Shown: positions 43,210-55,489 of the stretch, in pieces | How positions within the stretch are numbered: the first letter of the stretch is position 1 | How the letters are laid out: every line of letters starts with the position of its first letter | Assembly: GCF_009914755.1 (NCBI RefSeq) | Contig: NC_060937.1 | Source: the human T2T-CHM13v2.0 reference genome, Homo sapiens | Direction: 5' to 3' (one strand) | Length of the DNA: 64,000 nt | Program-made: the position numbers and the translations under genes | The notes under the pieces: model-generated | What the model saw: the letters and a program-made list of their open reading frames with translations, nothing else | Told to the model about the DNA's origin: nothing | Database searches by the model: none

Positions 43210-43642
43210 TGCTATTGGCTGAATTGTGTACCCCAAAAAGATGCTGCAATCCAAATCTCTCATACATATGAATGTGACATTTTTAGAAATAGAGTCCTTG
43301 CAGATGATCGAGTTAAGATAAGGTCATTAGGGTGAACCCTAATCCAATATGACTGGTGTCCTTACAAAAAGGAAACCTGGACATAGACACAGACACACAT
43401 GTAGGGAAGACAGTGTAAAGACACAGGGAGAATGCCATCTATAAGTCAAGGAATGCCTGAGGCTGCCAGAAGGTAGAAGAAAGGCCTGCGACAGATTCTC
43501 CCTCACGGCCTAGAAGGAAGCAACCCTGCTGACACCTGGACTTTGGACTTCTAGAATCCAGAACTGTGAAACAATAAATTTCTATTGTATAAACCAGCCA
43601 GTTTGTGGTGCTTTGTTAAGGCAGTCAGATGAGACTAATACA
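43210..43642 (+). mobile_element. MLT1B-like MaLR solo LTR
   Basis: TGCTATTGGCTGAATTGTGTACCCC...CCCTAATCCAATATGACTGGTGTCCTT...CAGAACTGTGAAACAATAAATTTCT...GACTAATACA. Confidence 0.9.
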
Positions 43643-44398
43643 GACTGGGTCACAAAATAAGCAAGTCCAATAACAAAATTACCATGGTCATCAGAACTCC
43701 TAATGTGGGTCTATCTATGGAAGCTTTGGCTCAGTTAATGGGTCCAGGTTTGGTCACTGGATGATATAGATCACTGTCATCCACGTCAGTTCTATAAAGG
43801 GCATCAAAGAAAAAGATAGCTCATATCCTAAGGAGAGACTAACCCAATGGGGACTGTTTAATCCTCTAAGAAGGTGATTAGAAAGAAACAGAAGCAATAA
43901 AGGTTAATGGAAAATTAATCTCAAGTGACCTGTTTGGGCAAATCAAAGTTGTGAGACATGTACTTATTTCTAAAGAAAATGCAAAGGAAATTTAGAAGGA
44001 TAACTTTAGATAAGGGGACAGAGATAAGACTTTAATTAGAAGTCTTCAATATTCATGTATTTACATAAGTGTTGAAAAGATAAAGGCTTCATGATAAGGT
44101 GATAAAGATGAACAATGGTAGTACCTTTATGAAAACTCTATAGAAGTTGGAAAGAGATTTCAAGTGACCAGTCCTATTTCCTTGCTGGCTGTTTACAGAG
44201 GCCCTGTCACAGGTACTTTGTAAATGCTCCCCAAATGCATGTTAGTTCAGAGATCTTCTGCCACAGGCCCTCTGAACCCCAGATATAACTAAGACACACA
44301 TTAGAGAATGATGCCAGAGGTATAATTAAACTACATCCCTTCCCATATGGTGACAACCAACCTGCTTGTTATTTGTGGTGCACATACCATCCCTTTAC

Positions 44399-44464
44399 CT
44401 GAGCATGGTGAGCTCTCTCTCCTCCACATATTATAAATACGACATCATGCTGGCAGCAAAGGAC
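44399..44464 (-). other. Candidate 66 nt spliced exon (host transcript unidentified)
   Basis: Minus strand: branch point CTAAC, acceptor CCTTTATTTTACAG|GTCC, donor CTCAG|GTAAAG; lies in non-repeat sequence. Confidence 0.4.
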
Positions 44465-45059
44465 CTGTAAAATAAAGGCCATCTTGTTAGAAAAAACTTC
44501 AAACATCAATTTCAGAGAGCTGACTGAACATATATATGTAAGCAGATGCAAGGTTTCGCCTGCAAAGTTCGAGCTGAACATAGCCCTTTCCATTTCTGGC
44601 CACTGCAATTGAATGCCCTTGGAGAAGGTCTCCGCATGGTGCTAACTTGGTAACAATCAATAAATGTGAAGGTCTCATCATAAACAAAGCCTCCGAACTG
44701 TCAATCTTTCAAAGAGTATTTCTGCTTTAAAAGTAGTCTTTGTTGCTAAAGTAGCTACACTAAAGCCAGTGCTAGGGCCAGGGCCTCCCAAATCTAAGAA
44801 AGCCTAAATAAATAAAGCTGTGTGTTAATTAATGGCAGTACAATCTAAAAATGTCATTCAGAAGCAGTTTTAGGGGTTGACTGGTATCAGACGTACTGTT
44901 TTTAAGTATGAGAAATTCTTGCAAGTTTCCAAATTGAAATAAGAGTTACACACTTATAAGCTTTCTCTCAGGAAATTTGTTGTTCTGCAAACTATAAAGT
45001 GCACCTAGATATTTTCATAGGATAAATCCCAACTTTATTTTCTAGAAAGTATTTTAAAG

Positions 45060-45220
45060 CCTTGTTACTCAGAGTGTGGTCCACAGGCAGCAAAATCAGC
45101 CTCACCAGTGAGCTTGAAGTGCTGAATCTGAGAACCCACCTGAGACCTACTGCAACAGAATCTGCATTTTAACAAGATCCTCAGATAATCCCTTTGCACA
45201 TTAAAGTCTGAGAAGCATGG
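45060..45220. mobile_element. MER5A/MER5A1 hAT MITE
   Basis: TTACTCAGAGTGTGGTCC...CAGAATCTGCATTTTAACAAGATCC...TGCACATTAAAGTCTGAGAAGCA. Confidence 0.88.
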
Positions 45221-45529
45221 TTTTAAAGTGCCTTATACATCAGGCCTGTGAGTGCTAGAATCATAAGAAATAGGTTGCCCCGAACTTCAAGACCATCCTC
45301 TGGTATCTAAAACTTAATGGAATCACAATTCCTCTATTATAATTGCACGAATCTGGAAACAAATATTCTACTAAACTCTCCAGAAACACCTTACATCTGG
45401 CTAAATCTCTTTTCTTTCCAGAACATGTAGACTAATTGTAAACAGATAACTAAAAGCATAGCCAAATTTGGAAGTATTTTACACTCTAAAGACCAGCATC
45501 TGTAGACATTGAAGATAGACATTATTTGT

Positions 45530-45790
45530 TCCATAACTAGGTGCTCAGTAATAACTAATACTGTGTAAAGAGCCCCAAAGTGGAAGGATAAAAATTACCA
45601 CATGGCATGATAGATCTAATAGGGAAAGGTCAGCACAAGAAGCCAGGGGCAGGGGAAGGTACTGGTACACACTTAGAAAGTACCTGACCCAGGTGGGAAA
45701 CACTGGGAAGGCTTCCTGAGCTGAGTATTGAAAAAGGATGAGGAAAGATCTTTTAAGAAGCAGTCCGCCTACAGGTATAGTGAATGAGGG
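45530..45790 (-). mobile_element. L2 fragment
   Basis: CTGGGAAGGCTTCCTGAGCTGAGTATTGAAAAAGGATGAGGAAAG is typical L2 antisense. Confidence 0.6.
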
Positions 45791-46406
45791 CAGGTCACTA
45801 GACCAGCAAGGAGCCAACTACCTTATTTCAAAAAAATATCCAAATGTGATTTTATCAAGTTTTTTCAGCTTCTTTAATATTTGTATGCATGAGCTATAAA
45901 TGTGACAGCCCTTAGGAACACGTCTCTTCCCTTTCAACTATCCTACAAGACAAGGAGGAATGGCAAACATCAAACACAAGATGCACTACTCAGAAGTCGG
46001 CTGCAAACTGCAAGGGGGCAGGAATAGCAGAACTGTACCTCCACATTTGCTATTTGATCACACAGAGTGTCAATGAAACTGCAACCAGCAATACGGGGAC
46101 CATAAAGAGAATCACATTAAAGTTAATACAAAAGTCAGGAAAATGTCTTCAGCAAGGGACACTGGCTATTTGGCAGATGCCCTGCTGGGAGTAATTGAAG
46201 GCTCTCAGTGTGACCAAAGTATGCACTCCCCTCTCTGAGCCCTTCTCTTCCTCCTGAATTTAAACAGTTCTTATCCCATCTCCTTCCCCCTCACTTATTC
46301 TTGTGATTTCTCTGACTCATTTTCCTTCTCCCTCACTACCTCCAAGTGCCCTCCTATCTCTAATTCAACTCCCTTCTTTTCCCTTTCAATCTGCCCATTT
46401 TTTCAC

Positions 46407-46468
46407 CCCTTCCTTTTGTGAGAAGAAGGAGCTAAGGCCCTTCCTTTTGTGAGAAGAAGGAGCTAAGG
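46407..46468. repeat. Perfect 31 bp tandem duplication
   Basis: CCCTTCCTTTTGTGAGAAGAAGGAGCTAAGG occurs twice in tandem. Confidence 0.97.
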
Positions 46469-47425
46469 GAGAGAAGGAAGGACAACCAAACATCTTTTTT
46501 TCCCTTTTTTCTTTGCTCCTTTCCCTTTTCTTCACTAACGTCCCCACATTTTTATTTCCCTCTTCTATCCTCTCTTTTCTTTCCTGGAATCAAATCCCTG
46601 TTATCAGTACATAACCTGTCTTCCCAAGCATAGAGCTTAGAAATGATAGGAAAATTGCTCGACTCCTAGACTGTTCCGTTGTAATTCTTGGGAGTTCTCG
46701 GATTCTCCTAACCCACTGCCAGGTCAATGATTGAGAGAGGAAAGAAAAACTTTCAAAACCTAGCATTTTCTTAGCATTTCCTAAAATGTAGAACAATTCT
46801 GGAGTACTTGGCTGTTGTACTGAAAGGGGATAAAGATGTAAAACATACTAGACCAAAGGTTTCATTCTACCCCTGGTTCTCCCTAAGTGTATTTCCTCCA
46901 ACCCACCATGAAACCAACTCTTCTGTTACTCTTATTCCTCTTTCTGCATATCCCCCAAACCCTCCTGGAATGACTGAAACACGCTTCATTACCAGTAAGA
47001 GCCAGATAAATGACAAGGCAGGAATTAACAGAGTGCTTCTTTACAACGACACAGAGTAGCACACAAAGAGCCTCATTTAATGCCCCATTAGGAAGCCTTA
47101 CAAGTTACAGCTTAATAAATATATGAAGATTATCGTAATATAGAAAACATCTGGTACCACTTCCCACATGAAATGCACTTATGGAGAACTCTACAGAGTA
47201 GGCTGTGATATGGCAATCTTGCATATAGTCTTTGAACTGCAGAAAAGCAATTTGGCTTCCTTTAGGTATTTCACTCTTTATTTTCAACATATGAACTATG
47301 AACGAAACTTTGTAGGCAAATCTGATTTCCCAATCTTTTTATTCCAGCCCCTAGATACCATATATGCCCCTGAAATAGAGTACATATTCCCAAAATATTT
47401 GCTGAATGAATGAGTTAACTAGTCA

Positions 47426-47810
<385 letters not shown>

Positions 47811-47882
47811 CCAGTATTTGAAGGAAAATATCACACAATAATGCATTTTGAAAATTTCCCCTAGATTTTTGGTATTGACATC

Positions 47883-48233
47883 TGATATGATCTGGCTCTG
47901 TGTCCCTACCCAAATCTCATCTCAAATTGTAATCCCCACATGTTGAGGGAGGGAAGTGACTGGATTAAGGGGGTGGTTTCCCCCATACTCTTCTAGTGAT
48001 AGTAAGATCTCATGAGATCTGATGGTTTTATAAGGCAGTTTTCCCTGCTCTTGCATGCTCTCTCTCTCGCCTGCTGCCATGTAAGATATGTCTGCTTCCC
48101 CTTCCACCATGATTCTAAGTTTCCTAAGGCTTCCCCAGCCATGCAGAACTGTCAGTCAATTAAACCTCCTTTGTTTATAAATTAGCCAGTCTCAGTTAGT
48201 ATCTTTATAGCAGTGTGAGAACGGACTAACACA
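47883..48233 (+). mobile_element. THE1 (C/D-like) MaLR solo LTR
   Basis: TGATATGATCTGGCTCTGTGTCCCTACCCAAATCTCATC...TCAATTAAACCTC...CAGTGTGAGAACGGACTAACACA; TSD ACATC/TCATC. Confidence 0.92.
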
Positions 48234-49284
48234 TCATCTAATCATAAGGTCAATATAGGGTGTTGGATGTAACTCAACTCTCAGAACTAGAATGAAAAGA
48301 GGTGCTGCTTTGGGCAGAGACCCTGAGCAGTCAGATGTGTCAACATTCTAACAGCAAATGAATAAATGGAAAACTCTAGAAAGCAAACGAAAGTTCTCAA
48401 AAACTACAGCAGCCTAGAATAAATTAGTCAATCCCTCTATTTGTTCCCATGATACTCTCTACACATACCCCATTATTACTGAAGGTCTCATTACACCATT
48501 ACATTTCTTCAAAGGTTTCTGACTCACCCTGGGAAGTGACGACCTGATCACAGCCCACTACGATTTCCGAGGCAAGCCAAAAAGAAACCCCTAGAATAGA
48601 TCTGCTCTACAGATCAGGAAAGGGACTGGAATCCTATTTTGTGGAAGGGGAAGAGGAGACATGACAAGTTGAGCTGTGTCTGGATAGAGCTCAAGGATCC
48701 CTATCTCTCTGGATTCACCTCTGAATTCAGGGACTAGGCTAGCAGTTCCCCAAGAGCGAGATAGCAAGTCACTCCATTTCAATCAACCAAGAGTTTAGTG
48801 GAAAAGCCAGTAGTGGAAATTTGTTGTAACTTGCTCTAAATGTCTTAATAATTTAAAAAATATGTTTTATTAAATATCATCAATAGTGTTCCAGATATTG
48901 GAATCTACTTTGTATTCAAAAACTATGAGAGGTGCTTTTTACCATTCATACCATTGACATCATTGGACTGAGATCATCACCCCTTCAGAAAAGAACTCTT
49001 TAGAAACCTACCCAATCTATCATAGAGAGAGCGAGCTTCCTGTTAACCTTCAACTCCATTGCCCCCTCAGACTTGAGCCAGTTTTAACAAACGCCCTGCA
49101 CTTACATCTGAAAAGGAGTTGACCCTTTGAAGGAAAAAAATGTAGACACTTCTAGGATATATGTATTTTAGTGTAACTCTAACCCAAAGTAAAGTATTTT
49201 GTAAAAACTTTAGTTAAGTACTTACTAAAGTAAATTTACTAAAGTAAAGTAAAGCCTTGGTAAATCTCTCCTACTTTATTACCG

Positions 49285-49527
49285 TTAGATAATATTCCCT
49301 TTAACCAATCCTATTTCTCCACAACTATCCACTTTTTCATCACCTAGCATAAAAATAAACAAGTTTAACCATTTCTTCAGGTCTTTATGTCCATACGAAG
49401 GCTTCTTTGTCATGTACAATTTATATGAAATAAATTTGTATGCTTTTCTCTTTTTAATGTCTTCTTTAAGAGGGGCATCAGCCACGAACTTAGGTTGAAT
49501 GAGGAAAAGATATTTTCTCCTTCTACA
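49285..49527 (+). mobile_element. MER39/MER34-like ERV1 LTR, 3' part
   Basis: AAATAAATTTGTATGCTTTTCTC...GAGGAAAAGATATTTTCTCCTTCTACA. Confidence 0.7.
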
Positions 49528-50046
49528 CCATTTTAAAGCAATCCCTAGATACTGCTCATATTATATCTGCATATCGTGAGACCTAGATTTGTTACCATTC
49601 AACAAACAGGGGTTCTAATAATAAGGAATTAGAGAAAAGGTAAAATGTTCTAACCTTTTCCTCTTAAGTTTCACTTTGAGATCTCCAATATAAATTTCCT
49701 AATTATATAAAAACCACCGCTCTATGATTTCAGTGCTATAAGTCTGATTTCATCCTTATTTCCAGAAAGAAAAAAATAGTTGCATTTGCCATCTGAATTC
49801 ACTACCTACAGTTCTACAGCTATGTTTTTGTACTGGGGCATTGAAGGACAGCAAAAAGTAGGGACAAAAAAGTCTCTTACCTCCCAAAGCCATCTGAGTG
49901 CCCTCTCACCCTGCAAATCACATGCCATACCTTTTCTAGATCAATTCTTTGTTTAGTTTCACCAGTACATCAGCATCTTCAATTTCTTCTATTCCCATCT
50001 CAATAAGCAATGGCTTACAGAAAAGATAAACCTATTTTTTTAAAAA

Positions 50047-50070
50047 AAGCAGGTTTTTAAAAACCTGCTT
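50047..50070. repeat. Perfect 24 bp palindrome
   Basis: AAGCAGGTTTTTAAAAACCTGCTT is its own reverse complement. Confidence 0.97.
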
Positions 50071-51079
50071 CCTTCCATAAAATTTGTTTGCATGTGTGTA
50101 TATATATATATATATATACATGTTCGATTCTCATATGATTTCCAAATTAGAACTCAAGTTCAAATGATCAAATCATGCTTACAAAACAAGATCTATAAAA
50201 TTAAAACAGATTGATGGAGGACCCCTTACCACCACTTCTACCATATCCCTGACACATACGACTCACCCAGAGGATCCACTTTTCAGTCCCTAGGTGCAGC
50301 CAAGCCCTCCACTAAACAAAGCTCTTCCTGACAGGGACTGGGTGAATGCCTCTATAAGAGATCACCACATATTTTCATAGTTTACAAGGATAAAGCAATT
50401 ACAGCTTCAGTCGTTCATGAATAAAGCCTCTTTAACATTTTAATGAGAACATTAACTCAGCTTCACTTGGTTTGGCCTCTCTAGAAAGTCTGTTAGCCTA
50501 AGAGAAAGTTTCTTTAAAACCCAGTAATGAAATTGAGGCCTCTCTGTGCCCCACAGGGCATAACTGGGCTACAAACACTGGCTGGACTATTTCTCTCCTG
50601 AAGTAGCCTATATTTTTTGATAAGACTACAGTTTGGTAAATGAAAGAAGGCATCTGAAGAAATACCTTTCTCTCTGCAGTATTTGTGTGCTTGTGTGTGC
50701 TCACTCATTTTATATCTGACTTGTCTCCTAATTTGCTTTTTATGTTATACACAGCTTTGAGTACAATGTGTGACTCAAAAAATGTTAAATCATACTTTTC
50801 TGCAATTTTCCCTTAATCATTTTCTACTGCCTCTGTTCTCTCTTGCCGCGTGACTGATTCCCACCAAGGCTACCAAACTGCCATTCGCCTGGAGACCCAT
50901 TAAATTCAGCAGAAAACCAGCAGAGCTTCAGAAGTCAAAGGTGAACAAGAAATAATTCCCAGACTCAGTGACTTAACATGAATTTCTGCCTCTTCTCTGG
51001 ACCAAACCAGGAGCAGAGTGAATGAAAGAGTTTGTCACCTTAAGAGTAAAGCTAAAAAGAACGAATGTCCAAGACACAC

Positions 51080-52290
51080 ATGCATTTAACTCTTCAAACA
51101 TCTGCTGAGTATGTATTATGCAGCAGGAATTGTTCTAGGTACTGGGAGTACAAGCCAGGAACAAGACAAGACTCTCACTCCCACAGAGCTAAAGTTCTAA
51201 TGGGAAAGACAGGTGATAAACCAAAAAGAGAATGTCAGAGTGCAATAGGTGCTATGAAGAAAATGCAACAGGGTGATGAGAGGCTAGAAAAATAAGGTGA
51301 AAATTTAAAGCCAAACAGAGCAAAAGGCTACAGCAAAATCCTCAAGGTCATAAAAAGACATGGAATAACCTTAAAAGCACATTGCTAAGTGAAAGAAGTC
51401 AGTCTGAAAAGGCCGCATACTATACCATTCCAACTACATGACATTGAGGGAAAACTCAAACTATGGAGACAGTGAAAATATCCATGGCTGCCAGGGGTTG
51501 TGGGGGAGGGAAGGGAGGGAGGAATAGGCAGAGGGCAGAAGATTTTAAGGCCAGTGAAACTATTCTGTATGATACTACGAGTGGATACATGTCATTATAC
51601 GTTTATCCAAACCCATAGAATATACAACACCAGAAACAAACCCTAATGCAAATGATGAACTTTGGATGACAATGATGTGTCATCACAGGTTCACGGATTA
51701 TAACAAATGTAGCAGTCTGTTGGGGGATGCTGATAATACAGCAAGCTATGCATGTGGGTTGTGGGGAGCTATATGGGAAATCTCTGTACATTCCACTGAA
51801 TTTTACTGCCAACCTAAAACTGCCCCTCAAAATAAAGTCTTTAAAATCCTTAAAGTATAAAAGAATGTGGTGAGCTGAAGAACCGAAAGGCCCAGCTTGG
51901 CTAAAGCACAGTGAACAAGGTAACCAGCAGAGTGGCTAGAGTAAGCCTGGCAGGTCACGTTTAGAAGCCTGAATTTCATTCTAAAAGCACCAAGAAGCCA
52001 CTGAATAGTTTCAAGCAGGGCTTGTCATTATGTGTTCTACATTTTTGAAAGGTCACTCTGGCTGCTGTATGGAAAATGGATCACAGAGAGGCAATCAACA
52101 GAGGCTGATGATGGTGGTCTAGTCTACAGTAGTAGCAACAGAGCAGCAGAAGTAGATGGATTTAAAGAGGAGCTGACAGGACTGGTGATGGACAGATTGG
52201 ATGTAGGGGATAAAGAAGAAAGAGGAATCAAAGATGATTTCTGAATGAGAGGAGAGACCATGCACTGAGATGGGGAAAACCCTAGCTACA
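51080..52290 (-). mobile_element. L2 split by an L1MC insertion
   Basis: L2 antisense tail CAAACATCTGCTGAGTATGTATTATG...GTTCTAGGTACTGGG, resuming after 51860 (TTTGAAAGGTCACTCTGGCTGCTGTATGGAAAATGGA). Confidence 0.8.
51352..51846 (+). mobile_element. L1MC1/2-type 3' end
   Basis: ACATTGCTAAGTGAAAGAAGTCAGTCTGAAAAGG...GTGAAACTATTCTGTATGATACTA...AACCTAAAACTGC...AAAATAAAGTCT. Confidence 0.88.
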
Positions 52291-52529
52291 AAGACCACAC
52301 AAAGTGCCATGTGCCATGGTACAGATCTCTGGAAGCAGTGGGAATGTTCAGTCCTCCAAGGGAAATCAAGTTCAGCTTGCTTGATCTCTGCCTTAGCATG
52401 AATAGCAAATGTGTGTGTGTACACATATACACACACATATATGCATATATACATGGATATATGTAAACATATATGTTTTAATACTGTTTCTGAAATTCAA
52501 AGCAAGTTTTAAATCATGTCAGCAATCTT

Positions 52530-52665
52530 TCGAAGAACAGAGAGGCAGGGTTGTTATTGTTGTCCCAATTAACATGCAAGGAAGCTGATGGCAAATGAGG
52601 TGAAAGGTCTTTTGAAGGTCACACAGCAAGCAGTCAGCAGCACTGAAAGGAGGGGCCCGGCTTCC
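52530..52665 (-). mobile_element. MIR fragment
   Basis: TTATTGTTGTCCCAATTAACATGCAAGGAAGCTGATGGCAAATGAGGTGAAA...AAGGTCACACAGCAAG. Confidence 0.55.
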
Positions 52666-54544
52666 TTTCAGGAGTCCCTGCCGTACATCACACCCTCTGC
52701 CTATCATCTGGAGCATGTGGGGCACCCTGCAAGCACTGCGAGAGAACATTCTCGGATGAGGTAAGGGTGGAGGTGCTGCTCCCTCACCCATGCCATTTTC
52801 TTTTTGCTCATCCCATCACAGGTGCTATTTTAATAACCCATAAAATGTGGCTGATAAAACCAAAAGATCGTTAACACCAAAGCAAACTTTACAGAGAGCA
52901 AATCAAGTATTAAGGTATATTGTGGCATAGATTTTTAGACAGACATTTAAATTATGAACCACAAGGCATCTACTGCACAAGCTCTCCAAATCCTTCTGAG
53001 GGCTGCACAGGTGGAGATTCCTCATGAATGGAAGAAACACTCATGCCCAGGAATCACAGGCCTATCAGTAGCCTCATCTGGAATTCTTCATCCAGTCTTT
53101 AGGTTTCTCAAAGAACATCAAAAGCACTGCACACATTTTAGGAAAAAAAGACAAAAACACTAGAACCAAAGAGTTCACAGGTCTGGTCTTTGTAACATTA
53201 TTTAAAGGAATACAATTTATCTAGATGAAATTACCACTAAAATAAGTCAGATCATATTTAAAGACACATGCTAGGGGCAGGACTGGGAAGCCTGGACACT
53301 TTGTTTAGTCTGTATACTACCTGTACAAGTTTTAAAAATACACTTTCATTTTTCATCTACCAGGCTCTCCCTCAGAGCTGTGAGGACTCCCACCTCAAAT
53401 TTAGAAGTCTGAAAGAGAAACAGTGAAGGGGTGTCCGCCTCTATGTTTGTCCCTGTGAGTCATACATTTTCTGTTCCTACTAAATGTGGGTTGGTTGTTT
53501 TCTAGTTGATTTGCAGACTTCCTCTCTGCTGCTTTTCTCTAATAATATTTTTCCAAAGGACCCCTACCTTGCAAGCACAGTCCCACTAAGGAACAACAGG
53601 CAATTATGCATGATCACAGTGATCACAGTTACTGGGGCCTGAAATAACTGGACTGAGAACACCCACAGAAAGGGGTTCAGGGAAAAGAAGTTTGAGATAG
53701 CTGGTCCGTTGCACCCTGACCTCCAGTCTACAGATTTAGAAAATCACTTGTCAGGGCTAAAATCATGGTGGTCATATGTGTTGCCTTCTTATGAAGATGG
53801 AGTCATTTCCATTTATTACTGGTTGTCTTGCCAATACTTTCACAAAGATACACAGTAATATGCTCTCAGCACACACAAAGTAGAGTTGAAACTTGCCCTG
53901 CCATTAAACACTCAAGTGGGTCACCCTCTGAAACTGCCCACCGAGTCTCCCACCAAGACCCTTCAACAAGGCCTTATCTCCCTGTCCAATCTGCCCTACA
54001 GAACCCTTTTTACTTCTGGACACATCACTTTCCCATTTTCTCATATCATTAAAATTTTCTTTCCTTTCTGGGAGTGTAGTCAATGAGATTGGCAGAGAAT
54101 ACAGGAAAGGCAGATGGCAAGCATGAAGGCAAACTGGGAGTAATTTGGAGGGGCCTGGGTTCAGAGAGCCTGCTCCCAGGAAAAGCCCGAGTCAGTCAGC
54201 CATGGAGATGGACTGCCAATGGGAGGCAGGGAGAGCAAAGAGCACATGAGTGAGAGTGGCCAAAAGGAAGCAATGGGTCAGGAACAAGCAAAGATTCAAG
54301 ATGAGGGCTTTTGGTGCCACTATGAGACATCGTACAGGTGGCTCTGAGGCTGGAAGCAGGAGGCTGTAGAGTGCCAATGCCACCTAAACTGGAAAGGGCA
54401 AGAAACTGAGCCCTCAAAAATAGGACAAATACTGACAATTTTCTCCCTTCATACTCAAAACAACCTCTCTCTAGAGCGCTCTTTCTCTTCTTTCCTTCAA
54501 ATCTTGAGCCCAATGTTTGACACTTGATACCTTGAGGTGCCAAT

Positions 54545-54780
54545 TATCATAGTGATGATTCTATAAAGTACACAATTTCACACTATAACTTTCTTTGCAA
54601 AGCGTTTTTTTACATGTATGGTATCTTTTAGTTCTCACAATGTTGTGACATAAGCATTATTAAATGCACACATCCTGACTCAAAGAGATTTAGAATCATG
54701 CACAATGCTACACAAGTGAAAGAATCTGTATCCAAATCCAGGTCTTCTGACTTGCGATCCTGTGGTTTCTAGAATATACT
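54545..54780 (-). mobile_element. MIR fragment
   Basis: GACTCAAAGAGATTTAGAATCATGCACAATGCTACACAAG...ATCCAAATCCAGGTCTTCTGACT. Confidence 0.6.
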
Positions 54781-54798
54781 ATTAGTCTATTTCTTGTT

Positions 54799-54861
54799 AT
54801 TTTTATTTATTTTTAGGTTTCATTTTATTTTAAATTGACAAACAATAATTACATATTTATG
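54799..54861 (-). mobile_element. Extremely 5'-truncated L1MA 3' tip
   Basis: T-rich tail then TAAATTGACAAACAATAATTACATATTTATG; flanked by TTAGTCTATTTCTTGT and TTAGTCTGTCTTGT. Confidence 0.6.
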
Positions 54862-55489
54862 TTAGTCTGTCTTGTCCTCTAATTCTCTATTCTCTACATT
54901 TCACTAATTTAGACTTCACTAATTCGGAATTGGTGAGGCAATAAAACATCATTTGATACCCTATTTACTTGGAAATCTGGGAGGTGCTATACAAATGTGC
55001 ATACAATATATCCAGGAGGCTGAATGGGGAAGCTACCATCCTGAAAGTGGAGAAAAAAAGAAAGCTTGCCTTCTTTTAGTCACCAGGGCCAACATCAGCA
55101 ATTTAACATCAATATGAAATTTTTAAAATGGATTTGCTAACTATAAATGACTTAATTTTGAATTCATGTCTAGTTAATATTCTATAAAACTCAAAAAAAT
55201 TCCTCAAATATAAAAAATATGATCTTAAACTAATGGTACTTAGTCTACAGGCTAATTTTTAAAAACTATCACATCCTTATGATTTTTGTCACGTCTTTAT
55301 TATGTAACATAGTATCCTGTAGTTCAATTTTTCTGTGAATTCAGATCTGCCTGTCCTTGTAGAGTCTGGCATAAAGTTGGTTTTCAAATATTTGTTGACT
55401 AGATGATGGATACATACATGAATGAATGCATGTGTCTGTCAAGTTACACTCCATGTCAGCTGGAGAGTTAAATGCCACTTCCATCAGGC

